DNA of 55,348 bases, filler included, from Porpidia crustulata (lineage: Eukaryota), in assembly GCA_964255105.1 (NCBI GenBank). It is 5 parts of 5 records of this genome, joined end to end, with 100 filler letters (N's around TTAATTAATTAA, not from the genome) between each part and the next. Parts side by side here need not be neighbours in the genome. Positions count along the whole stretch, not along the records: positions 1 to 11,010 come from CAXUWE010000710.1; 4 more parts are not named here. One strand, written 5' to 3'. Shown here in pieces: positions 1-11,110 of the stretch (its first letter is position 1; every line of letters starts with the position of its first letter). The notes beneath the pieces are model-generated. The model was not told where the DNA came from, did not search any database, and saw only the letters and a list, made by a program, of their open reading frames with translations. The position numbers and the translations under genes were made by a program.

Positions 1-357
1 CAATTTCCACCTCCCTCGCATTCCCTCAACACCACCGCGTCTCCACTTTCCCACACCCCCCTCTTGCCATCTCTCACAAACCGCTCCATATTCACGTGGA
101 CCTATCAAGATAAATTCTCCTGAGCTAATATTGCGACTATCTATACAACTACATACAATTAAAATACAGAAACAGCATCTTTTACAAATAGCACTACAAA
201 ACAAATGCGTCGTAGCAAGCAAACAATGCCATGCAGTCCCCCTCTTACTCCCCAAGGCCGTAAATATTGATACAGCACCGCTCTTGAATCTTGAAACACA
301 CATATGACACACAGCCCCCCACGCTATGATTCAAACAGATCTTACTTCAACACGAAC

Positions 358-2114
358 TTATGCCTGGACCCTCGTTTTTCCCCTCCTCGCCCTCTCCCTC
401 ATGCCCTCCCCACATCGCATCAATATCACCGGTACTGGTAAAAACACTACTGCCACCGCGCCCAGCACGGTGCACCCCCACCCGATTCCCAATCTTTCAA
501 ACAGCGGCGGTCCTGCGAGCGGCAACGTCACGGCAGTTGTATTCCGGAGCGCCGTTACCACTGCCATGGCTGCGGCCGCGTGGACACCAAAGGCCTCAAC
601 GAGGTAGGCCCATGAGGCGATCGAAATAGCGACAAAGGCGACGCCAACGGGGACAGTGGCGAGGATCGGAACAATCCAGTGGGCGTGAATGGAGACGGTC
701 CAGCTGTAGGCGACAAGGCCAAGAGCGAGGAGAAGGTGTCCGAGGAGCATGGGAAGGAGGCGACGCTCGGGGTGATGGGCGGTCGTTGCGGGTTGATGGT
801 CGAAGTAAAGACCGCAAAGGATGGCGCTGAGAAGCATGCCGACGCCTTCAAAGGTTAGCCAGGGCTCTTGGTCACCTCCAAATATCATGATAGGCAGGTG
901 ATTGTGCGGAAAGTGGGAGAAGGGTACCTAGCCCGAGATATGTAAGACCTAACGGTCCTTGCGAGAACCCGTACTCAAATTCGTACACGTTACTGAGAGA
1001 GGTAATGACTACATACGTATAACTGATTGCAAATGCGCTGCAGATGGAAACGAGAATGATGACAGGAGAAATGAAGAGTAATGTGAACGGAGTGAGTACC
1101 AGCTCAATGAACAAAGTAAAGCCAGACAGACCAGTGTCATAGCGTGACTTCAGAAGGGGATTCCTATTCTCCTTCCTCAGCCTACGAGCTTTCCTCTCCA
1201 GAATGGTGACCTTGTATGTTTCGCGGTATGTAGCCAGGAACACAAGCTCAAAAGCCCCAGTGGCAAATGTCAGGATCCAGAACGTCCAGCGCCATCCCAG
1301 ATATTCCGAGACATAGCCACCAACCACAGGGCCCAGCACAGGTGCTATCGCAGGTGTCATACCCATGATTGCGAGCGCCAGACCACGGTTCTCATCTTTG
1401 AACATATCGCCCACGATGCAGGAGTTTAATGTGGTAGAAGCGACAGTAAGTCCGAGGAGAAAGCGACAGCCGATAAGGAAACTGATGTTGGGACTCTTGG
1501 CGGCAGCCGCTGAGGACAGCACGAACAAGATATTTGCAACGTGATATACCGGGAGCCTGCCGTATAATTCCGATAGGGGAGCGACGATGAGAGGACTGAA
1601 CACTTCGCCAAGCTCCCATATCGAAACAAGGATCACAGCTTCAAGAGGGCTATTAGAGTTGAACTCCGCCATTATGCTAGGAGTAGCAGGAGCACACATG
1701 AAAATTGCGAGACCACTACTCTTTATTTAGTAAAGGCATTTGTATAAGTTAGCTCATGCAAAGAGCAACTTACACAACAAAACTCATGACAGAGATTAAT
1801 ACAAGAATACTCCATTTGTACACTTTTGACCAATTCAAAGGGTTGGCTGGATCATCAGCGCCATCAAAGTCAACAACATATTCTGCGCGGTCTTCGAGGG
1901 TGTGATCTTGACCAGGGGTCGGATTCTGAGCGGCAGGAGCTACTGCTTTCTCGCTGTCCATCACTTGAATTTTGGAGGACGTTCTTGGAGGTATTGCCAT
2001 GCCATGGTCCACAGTATAAGCCTTTGAGGATCTTCGGAAATGCAGTGTTCCTCCGTCATCGATCATGTGGGATACAGACGATCTTCTTGGAGGCACGTTC
2101 ACTTCTTGATTCAT
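358..2114 (-). CDS. MFS transporter, DHA1 (drug:H+ antiporter 1) type, 3 exons
   Basis: ORFs 1770-2114, 872-1699 and 358-888 join through GT-AG introns (about 1716-1773 and 847-926). Motifs VDFDGADDPANPLNWS, PLSELYGRLPVY, LGWRWTFW and PERRL, with many hydrophobic helices. Confidence 0.9.
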
Positions 2115-2652
2115 CTCGAAGACGCCGAAGATCTCCCTGAAAGCAGAACCGGCGGTGAAGACTCCCTATGCAAGCAAGCATCAACCTCTGGCACTACTCC
2201 GGCTTGGCAGTTTCAAGTCCGTTCTGATCAGCGCTTTCAAATTGCGGAAACGGTTACAGAAATGAAGCCAGAAAAGAACAAAGTGGCTAAGCGGTATGAT
2301 ATGAATTCGGAGAAGACGATCGAGGCGTGGCCATGACGGGTCTTGCGTTAGAATTTGTAATATAGATGAAGTTTTCCACGTGTTTTAAGGTCTCTTGACA
2401 TTTTTAGAGCAATAAGGAAGGAGCGCCAAAGCAAAAATAGAGCACAAAAACATCGATAACCAGGATAACTCTTCGATCCTGATGCAAAAGACAACTTGGC
2501 AATCCTGCATTCAACCCGATCTAACAACGGCAAGAAGTAATTCGAGCGAATAACTTCCCTTGAGCGATTCTTGCATCTCACAACTCCGAGCAGCCATTTG
2601 CCTCAGTCGGCCTAATTCACCAGGTCCACGCAAATCTATATATCGCACTGGC

Positions 2653-4450
2653 CTACGTGCCTGCTATATCGGTGTCTCTTCTCCTCCCGGGACAAGCCCG
2701 GAGACATTGCACTAAGTCGCTCGCCTTCACTCTCGCAAATACCTGCCCTTTGTCATCAACGCCAATGCCAAGGACAACCTCATCGTCCATATATCCGACA
2801 TTCTTCTCCTCTAATTCATCATTAAGGGCCCTACCCCATGNNNNNNNNNNCGTATGATATACTGACTGTATAAGTGAAATAAGCCCAGTAATCTTTCCCG
2901 CCGTATGGTTCGGTATAGTTGCCGAGATTTTTGTGTGCAGCGACAGTCTTGGCATTTGCAGTGTCGTCGTCCCAGTTTTGTGATTCCGACCATCCCATTG
3001 TAGTTTCATTTGCCATCAATATCGGATGCTGTGACACCCCAATCATGCCGAAGGGAGGGGTGGCAGACCACACTATTGTATGGCGTTCGTACCGTAGTGG
3101 AAGTTTGAGATGATTTGGAAATTTGCGATGAATTATGGCAAAGAAGACAGTATTTTCTGGTGTAGATTTACAGCTCCTATCAGAGCGATTGCAAAGAATC
3201 AGGCGCAATGAGTTTGTCGCTTGGTGAAACGTGCCACCCCGTTTCACTGGGTCCGACTCTTCGGCATCAACGTTATGAAGGCAAGGAAATTCTAGAGGAT
3301 CCGTCAGGTTTGTGGTGGTGAGGCCGTTCCCTAACAACTTCGCAAAGGTCCGGCCTCGATCTCCCTTCCGTGGATTTGAGAGGTCGTAGTGTATGTATGA
3401 CTCGCCAGAGGTGATAAAGAAGAGCATCCAGTTCTTTTCAATCGCAGCTCTGGTGTTGGCTGGATTTCGAGTCAACTCAGTAAGCGTCGGGTAGGATTTG
3501 AGAGGTCCCCGAGAAGCATGATTGGGGGAGGATGAAAGGAGTTTTTGGAGAGGTGGGTAGAGACTGCGAAGATCAATAATCCAAAGACCAAAGCAGGCAT
3601 AACGAGATCTGAACGCGTCAGTATGTGCTCATAATGTGATTACTATAGCATACTGAGTATTGACCATCATTAGCGGCTCGCCTTTCCCGCTCCAAAAGAT
3701 CCGCGGGTCATGAAACCCAGGGATGTCAACATATGAACCGAACTTTCCTGTACATCTCTCTGCGGGTGTTGGTGGTACACTGAGGGTAACAGGTGCTGAG
3801 GCACATCTCATGCCGCCAGCTGGCCCTGTATACACAAGGTCATCCATCGTACATGGCTTTTCCCCAGGTCTTGCATTCTCGCTGGAGCCTGTATAGCAGA
3901 CATTGGCTTCGCACAACACATTCTCCTGAAAGTTTCCGTCTGTAACAATTCTACTAACGAGCAAGTACTGGTTTTCAGACCAGTGAGGAAGGGATATGAT
4001 GGTTGGATTCCAGAATACCCTCGTCTCGGGTTTTCCTGCCCCTAACGGGATATTGGAAACGTTTTGGACAATGCTAGGTACGCGAATATGGCCTGTGTAC
4101 CGATTCGCCTGCGCAGGGCACCTAAACAATGGTTCAAAGTGCGGGTTTAGTATTGGCTGCGACAGTAAGGAAACGCCTGTTCCATTGATGGATTTCCCTC
4201 CTGCTTTGTAGGTGTAAAAGTATTTATTGGGTGGGGATAGGTGATTATCCGTAGAGTTTGCAATTGGCAAAGGTTGCAAATTCAGGCCTGCGATTGGAAT
4301 ATGAATGCCTTCTGCAGGAGGGGCAGGAGGATGAAGTACAAATGACGGCAGAGAAGTCGGCACCCGTAAGCTTGAACGATAGAAGACAATTAATGTTAAT
4401 AGCACAATGGCCGGCAACAGCAAACGGCGTAAGGGTGGAAGATAGAACAT
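2653..4450 (-). CDS. Type II membrane protein with GT91 (beta-mannosyltransferase)/GH130-like beta-propeller motifs
   Basis: N-terminal signal-anchor LLLPAIVLLTLIVFY and a 45-nt intron at 3609-3653. Motifs WNPTII, GFHDPRIFW and EKNWMLFF. The frame continues across the 10-N gap if the gap is removed (ISYAWGR). The gene is secure; the family call is inferred. Confidence 0.55.
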
Positions 4451-5049
4451 GCTTGTGCAGCTTATGATTTAATGGTATTGTAAACTTTTCGAGGAAACGC
4501 AAGTGAATCAGGGCGTGATATACCGCGGTTAATCTAAGCGGGAGCAGTTCGTCGCCAGGTCAGGGCTCTCAACGATGCCCTATTGAAATATGTCGTGTAT
4601 GGTATAGGCTAATACTAGCCATTCATAATGCAGGGGAAGGTAGATTGGAGATAAAAACCAATTGAAGTGGATGTGTCGAGGATTGTGGCTCTCTTACCCA
4701 TCAACATTGGTTAGGTATGTCCAAGATCGAGGAATATCTTGTTGATTTCCCCGAAATCCAGGCGACCTGGAGAACTTTCGTATACATTCTAGGTCGAGTA
4801 TGCAAAGCCGTCGTGAAGAGGAAGTTGCTATACCAAGGCAAAGGGGGAATAGATTTCTCTTGATACTCCCAACCAATTTGCAAAGACCTCGGGTATGTAC
4901 AAGCATGAATCTACAACTTACTGAGTTTTTCCTCGTGAGCCAAAGGGAATTCCTGGACTAGCAGGATATGCCACTAACGCCGTCGCTCAAAGCACGCTTG
5001 ATGGGAATAGATGCTTTTTAACTCGGATGTCCATGAAGATACATCTCTC

Positions 5050-6849
5050 TTATGGCGAATCTTGTCCTTCATAATCTTCCTCTTCATCTTCACTTCTTTC
5101 TCCTTCTTCTTCCTCCCAGCCTTCAGCTTCGAGACCTTCTCCACGAATTCCTAAGCTCATGAGGAATCCAATGAAAGCTATACCACCAAAGACGCCAAAC
5201 GCCAAAGCCTCGCCCTTTGGTCGAATGTGGGTAGCAATTGAGAAAAGACCACCGGATAGGAAAGGACCCGCAGCACGACCTGCTGCTGACAGCGTTTGGG
5301 CGAGACCATTCAGCGTGCCCAGCACTGAGTGATTAGGGGCGGAGTTGGTGATCTGGATGCGCCAAAAAGTTAGTCTGATTAGTCCCAGTGATTGATGAGG
5401 AATAGTGGATATTACCAGTAAAAGGGCGCTTGTCAGGCAAGCGACAGCTGCTAATGATCTTATCAAAAGTATGATCCCTAGTTCCACGTACAGCCATCCT
5501 CTGCCGCTCGATATAGCCCCAACACCACTCCGAAGGTCTTTGTAACCTACCCAAGGCATCAACAAGAAGGCAAGCACCATACCCGCGAAGCTAACCTTGT
5601 AGGTCGTTTTGTTCCCCATCTTCTCTCGCAGTCTACCAAATATGCCAAATTGAAATAAAATGGTCGTTGCACCTGCGAAGGCGAGGGAGATTCCAATTTC
5701 TTTGGGTGACAGATTCCTTCCAGTTGGTGGATCAGCTTGACCAAAGACGGGATAGAGAGAATTGTAGGATATGTTCGAAAGCTGGAAGATAAGGAATGTC
5801 GAAAGAAGGAGTATTGTATCTCTATTAAAGACTTCTTTACGATTGAGAGTGGTAGTGTGATGGGGCAGTAATGTCGGCATCGATTCATGAGACGATGCAT
5901 CTGTTTCGGACTCATTTTCATCGTCCTCGTTTATAGCGGCATGACCATTCAAGTGCGAAGATCTGTGGTGCCGCAAAGCAGCATCATTCAGATAACTTGG
6001 GCGGCTAGAGCTGGTAAATTGCCATGCCCAGCTGAATAAATTTGCAACCCGTTTACCCAATGGAGGAAGCTCCCTAGCTTCTTCCAAACTCTCGTCTAGA
6101 AACACCATGGTCAAAATCAGGTCAATTATCAAGATCACTGCCGAGATAATATTGGGGCGAATATAAGGATAGGCTTCGTCCTTAGATGGCTGGCTCGAGA
6201 CCAAAGTACCTCCGAGCAAGGGTCCTGTGATACCTCCTAACCCATATATCACGGGAAGATAGATAAAGGCTCGCGACTGATTGCTTCGGTCCGTGATCTC
6301 TCCCAAACATGTAGATACCACTCCTTGGTTGCCGTTCACCAGTCCCATCAGCACCTGCACTAGGATCGCCTGCCACAGTGTTCTGCAGAAACCAAATGCC
6401 ACAAAGCATGCTGCCGTAAGTAGCGTACCTACGAGTACCACTGGTTTTCTTCCTATTCGATCTGAAAGCCAACCCCAGAGAAAATTTGTCGCAAATTGGG
6501 CAAGGGCGAATGAGGACGCGATTGTGCCAACGTATAGCCCAACCTGGCCAGGATCAACTTCGGGAAATGTTGATGCCATTTGAGGGAGGTATGGACTGAT
6601 GGAATTGAGGGCCGTCTGCTCTGACAAGGCTATGACAGCCAGAATGGCTAATTGCCGCTTTGGCAATGGTGATTGCCCGTGCTCGGAGCCATTGGATTCG
6701 CTCCGCGACTTCTGGCCTCCATCATTTGAGGAAGGTGGAGATAAAGAGGGCGGTTGACCTCTTGATTTTGGGGGTGGTGTCGGAAAGGTCTGGTAGTGCA
6801 CAGTTGAAGATTTTCGCCGGTTGAAACCGGGCTGGTCTTGCCGCCTCAT
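5050..6849 (-). CDS. MFS transporter (YCR023C/ZIFL-like)
   Basis: Motif A GWLSDRIGRKPV, plus GEITDRSNQSRAF and LGTLNGLAQT. A 63-nt in-frame GT-AG intron at 5353-5415 is read through by the ORF track. ATG at 6849. Confidence 0.88.
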   Translation of the reverse strand: MRRQDQPGFNRRKSSTVHYQTFPTPPPKSRGQPPSLSPPSSNDGGQKSRSESNGSEHGQSPLPKRQLAILAVIALSEQTALNSISPYLPQMASTFPEVDPGQVGLYVGTIASSFALAQFATNFLWGWLSDRIGRKPVVLVGTLLTAACFVAFGFCRTLWQAILVQVLMGLVNGNQGVVSTCLGEITDRSNQSRAFIYLPVIYGLGGITGPLLGGTLVSSQPSKDEAYPYIRPNIISAVILIIDLILTMVFLDESLEEARELPPLGKRVANLFSWAWQFTSSSRPSYLNDAALRHHRSSHLNGHAAINEDDENESETDASSHESMPTLLPHHTTTLNRKEVFNRDTILLLSTFLIFQLSNISYNSLYPVFGQADPPTGRNLSPKEIGISLAFAGATTILFQFGIFGRLREKMGNKTTYKVSFAGMVLAFLLMPWVGYKDLRSGVGAISSGRGWLYVELGIILLIRSLAAVACLTSALLLVISTIPHQSLGLIRLTFWRIQITNSAPNHSVLGTLNGLAQTLSAAGRAAGPFLSGGLFSIATHIRPKGEALAFGVFGGIAFIGFLMSLGIRGEGLEAEGWEEEEGERSEDEEEDYEGQDSP

Positions 6850-7247
6850 TGTGGTGTGACGACTGTGGAAATCTTGCGCGCACACAAAGACATTCGAGAG
6901 CCAACTTGAACGATTATATGTCTGGTTGCAGAAGCTCAGAAATCTCGACTGTAAGAATCTGTAAGCTCTGGATAAAGTATCTATGATCCAGCTGCTCGGT
7001 GAATATTACCCCGGGTGCAGATAAACACTTACCGTATCTAGCTTATCAGATCACGCTAAGAAAGGAGCTGGGTGCCATGGTGCTTGCCCCTTACAATCAC
7101 ATCTTGAGTCACCTCGAGTCACTTTGAGTGCTAAAACAGTCCCTAAACTCCACATACTGCTATAGCCGTTTGTCTGTTTAACATCGAACTCAAGTGACTC
7201 ATACCGTGTTCACAGCGCAGATTCCGTGCGTCATCGATACCTTACGC

Positions 7248-9513
7248 TTATGATTGGACCTCATCTATCTTATCTTCCCAAAATAACTTCTTCAATTTCC
7301 TCTCCTTCTCATTCTCCACGTAGCGATCGAAGTTGGCCTCCTCAGGATCAAAGACCTTTCCTTGGTAAACTTCATGAGGCAGAAAAGCACACTTTTCCTC
7401 CGCCTCGGCCAGGTATCTGCAGACATGCATATGGAGAAAGATAGCTACCCGCTGATTTCCCTGCTCTGTCAACCTCCATTTCTTCGGTGCTACGCTTTCG
7501 TCGAGGAAAAAGTCTCCCACTTCTGTGCCTTCGTTGTCAACGTCAAGCCAGCCGGATGTGTCAAGCCAAAAGACTGCCTTATCCCCGTCAGCACGAAGTT
7601 TGGAGACCACGTTCTGTGTCTCATGTTCAACCTGGCCTCGCAAAGGCCGGAGGATAAAGATTGGAACCGAAGCTGGTGCAGTGATTGGATAATTTGATGA
7701 GCCGGTCCTCTCGCTATAGACTATTGCTGGATGTTTTGGATATGCTAGTCCACGAATGGCTTTGATGAGAGATACGTAGGTGTTCTCGAACAGCTCAGAC
7801 AGCTGCCAGCGATCTATGCTGTGATCAGACGCATTGCTGTTGAATGATGTTTCATCAGCACTGCCCATGTTGAGCACCTACGACTTGTCAACAATAGGAT
7901 TTTGAGCAGCATTATGAGTGATTTACTATAACATCCGGAACGTAAGCATCAAATATCCATGGATGATCGAAGTACGCGGAGCCGTATGGACCACTGTGTC
8001 CGAGTAAGCTCGTTTTATTGGTGTACGAAAGCCGTACGTTGATATATTCTAGGAGAACTGACCTGCGGAAAAAAACGTCACCCATCCCAGCCGGCTCCCC
8101 GGTGCCACCGATACAGTTTTGCGTAAGACACATACCATCAACGCCAATATCAACATGATCGGCGCCGAACATTTCACCGAGTAGATATTCCCATCCCATG
8201 ACGCCAGCTAATAGGCCATCTGCACCCCCAGTGCGCCTACCCTTACGTTTACTACTGAGTGAGCCTGGTGAATCTGTTATGACTTCAAGTATCTTCCTTC
8301 GATCTTGCATTTCGTTTGGGCTTGCCTCGCCCTCATCGCTTGTGTCTACCTCAACTGTCTTTCCACGATCGTTTCCTTTCGTGAGGCCGCTCAATCCTGT
8401 TCGATGTCTTTCGCCCACTTGGTCATTTTCGGCATGAAATAAGTCCTCATTGGCATATTCTTCGCTTAACAAAGATCCTTTCACTCTGAGAAGCTTCCCA
8501 CCCTCGCTAAGCCAGATACCTTCCAATTCAACAATCCCTACACCGTGGTCATCAGTCATAGGGGCCACTATACGGATGTGATGCTCCTCGTTCCTATCGA
8601 GCTGCTCGGTACAAACCGAAACCAAAGCTGAAGCATTAGGTAAAAGTATGTATTCCTCCTGGTCGATACGCGCAAGTAATGAGATAGGAGGTGATGATTT
8701 CTCGTTCGGAAGAGGCCTAAAGGAGATGCGGCCTGGATTTGGAGAAGGTAGAGAAGTTGAGGCTTCTGTCGAGGCTTTGGCTGCGGATTGGAAATTAGGT
8801 ACAGCGCCATTGTGCAGAGATAATAGAAGCGTAGTGGTATTCTTCACAGCAACATCAAAGTAGACACCTGGAAATAAAGTGTCAACAAGAATCGACGTAT
8901 TTGTCGATAATCCCGTGAACATACCTGGGAAAGCCCCATCCTTGCGTAATCGATTTGGAGTAGAGGTCCAACGACCAATGTACTATTCCAGATCAGTTAG
9001 AATATGCCTAGGTGTGAGAATTCGACTAACATGAATCTTAGGGTTAGTGGCTGGGAAGAACTGCAACCCTTGTGTCCTCGCATCTTGGAAAAGCTCCCGG
9101 CGAAACCCATTTGCGCTGAGCTTCACCAGATCCAACTCATCACTACCACCATGAAACCACCAGAAAGCCAATACACCAAGTACTAGCAATAACCACATCG
9201 GTCTGCTACTAAGAAAGCGTCTAATTCGATATGCCGTGTAACTGTCAAACCGACTGGGTCTATCTCCGCGTCGTGGAGTGAAGTGCATAGGTCCACCATA
9301 CGGCGTAGGGGGCTTCAACCCCGCAGAGCGAAAGGGAGAGTAGGCTGTAGTTGCAAAAGGGGTAGAAAAAGGTGCGGAAAATGGAGCGCTCAAAGGCGTT
9401 GAGAGGGTACTCGAAGCATGGTTGTCTTGGTCAGGATGTCTCGGTGAACCAGTCAGATTTGAAAATGCTAGATGAAATTGGGGACGACTTCGGAATGGTG
9501 GCGTTCGTGACAT
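7248..9513 (-). CDS. Membrane-anchored SGNH/GDSL (CE2-like) esterase-fold protein, multi-exon, degenerate active site
   Basis: Ser/Pro-rich N-terminus and TM segment (MWLLLVLGVLAFWWF). Spliced YIGRW...FPGVYFD resembles the CE2 N-terminal domain. SGNH-like blocks LEVITDS, IGVDGMCL and PDVIVLNMGSAD. Confidence 0.6.
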
Positions 9514-9944
9514 AGCCGGTGATACAAGTGATGAGTGTATGGACTGCTGGCACTGTAGACAGATTTGAAGTGAAACGAAAGATGATTACAATTCACTGCT
9601 TCTATCTTAGATGGGCAGCCCGGTGTTAGCCATGCTCCTAAGCGAGGTCCAGGGAAGGTGCAACAGGACGTACAAGTCAACATAGCGTGTATGCTCACAA
9701 TGGTTTCAAGTAAATAGTAGGATCATACCTTCCTACAGATCTATTGTATTATCGCCTCTAGATGCCCTCCTCCCAGAAACGACCTCCTTTTGTTATAATA
9801 GGCTACATGCATACATGTACCACTTACAAATTTCGTAGTGTTGCGAGTGTCATGAACCTAGTCATACACCAAAACATTGGTCCGTCTAGACATCTAATGG
9901 CTGTGGATTAAATCTTGCTGTCTAAGTTTACCTGGATTCCATCT

Positions 9945-10590
9945 TTAGGGAGTTGCGCGAAGCGCCAAAAATATTCCCCATCCGAAGCCTACTAAGCTTC
10001 CAACAACAGTCTTTTGATCGACTGGCACAAGAGTATGTTGTATGATATTGACCAAAGGCCAGATCTTATAACCAGCGAGCATTATCGGCCAGGTTTCCTA
10101 TACGATGAATTCATGGTCAGTCAACTGCAAGAGAAGCTCCATACCTAGTATGCTTATTATACCGCTTCCAAAAGGCAAATTTCTGTGCTCGCGTAGGTAT
10201 GCTACAACGTACCTCTTTCACCACTTGCCAGGACACCTCTAATGATTCCCCGTTCAAGAGTCTCACCCCTCCAAGAAAGGCTACTACGTTCACCAGCGCA
10301 GCCAGCGTTTGGTCTAGCATGAATTTCGCCAAAGTATTCCTTACGTTCAGCTTTTTCTCCACCTTCGCTCCTTTATCATCGTCATCTATGTCAATCCTCC
10401 GCGTGTAATAGCCTGGGAACATTGTTTCTAGATATTGCTGCCATACGAAATTTGGGGGCGTTGATAGTAGAGTGAAGGCAACGAGAGCTAAGACTGGAGG
10501 TGTGGAAGAGCTCATATACATGGCAACTAGACATGATGCGAAGGAGAGAATGGTAGACTGGATTGTTGCGGTTACAATAGCTGGAGGCAT
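9945..10590 (-). CDS. Mpv17/PMP22 family integral membrane protein, 2 exons
   Basis: TPPNFVWQQYLE and KFMLDQT in exon 1. Exon 2 reads ETWPIMLAGYKIWPLVNII...VGFGWGIFLAL and ends at TAA 9945-9947. Confidence 0.88.
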
Positions 10591-11010
10591 TCCAATTGTA
10601 AGGAGCCAGAGAATTGCAAGTAGGGGATTGGTTGACTGGATCTGGCCAGATAGACTTGACGCGTTTGCGCTGCGATGATTTATCTAGTCCCGTCGAACAT
10701 GTAATTGGACGTCAGAAAGGAAGCACTCAAGCACTGAAGGTTCGAGGCTTCGGCTAAACGCTCACCCCTACGACATAACCGCGTAAGTTTAACCGCGTAG
10801 CTTACGAGTAGATAGGTAGATGGCTGTCTCATTTTCAATTTTCAATTTTATTCTATTTGGGATCGAAGGGTCAAAATCGGCTTTCTACGATATAGTGAAC
10901 TGGCAGTGCTTTGTTAAGTATCGTTCAAAAGCACACGAGTTAAGGTATAGTCTTAACTAGGAGTATTCCCGGGCCCGTGCACGTTCCGGTCCCGTGCACA
11001 CCCTAAACCC

Positions 11011-11110
11011 NNNNNNNNNNNNNNNNNNNNNNNNNNNNNNNNNNNNNNNNNNNNTTAATTAATTAANNNNNNNNNNNNNNNNNNNNNNNNNNNNNNNNNN
11101 NNNNNNNNNN
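11011..11110. other. Artificial contig linker N44-TTAATTAATTAA-N44
   Basis: 100-nt spacer with stop codons in all six frames; the same spacer occurs four times. Confidence 0.97.

Noticed and set aside
358..10590. Two MFS transporters plus glycan-related genes as a secondary-metabolite cluster
   Set aside because: No PKS, NRPS, terpene synthase or pathway regulator in this contig, and neighbouring segments are not physically linked.
11001..11010. CCCTAAACCC at the contig end as a telomere
   Set aside because: Fewer than two units, and a right-hand chromosome end would show the G-rich strand on plus.
11055..11066. TTAATTAATTAA recurring every ~11 kb as a biological repeat
   Set aside because: Always centred in N runs of fixed length; it is an assembly linker.
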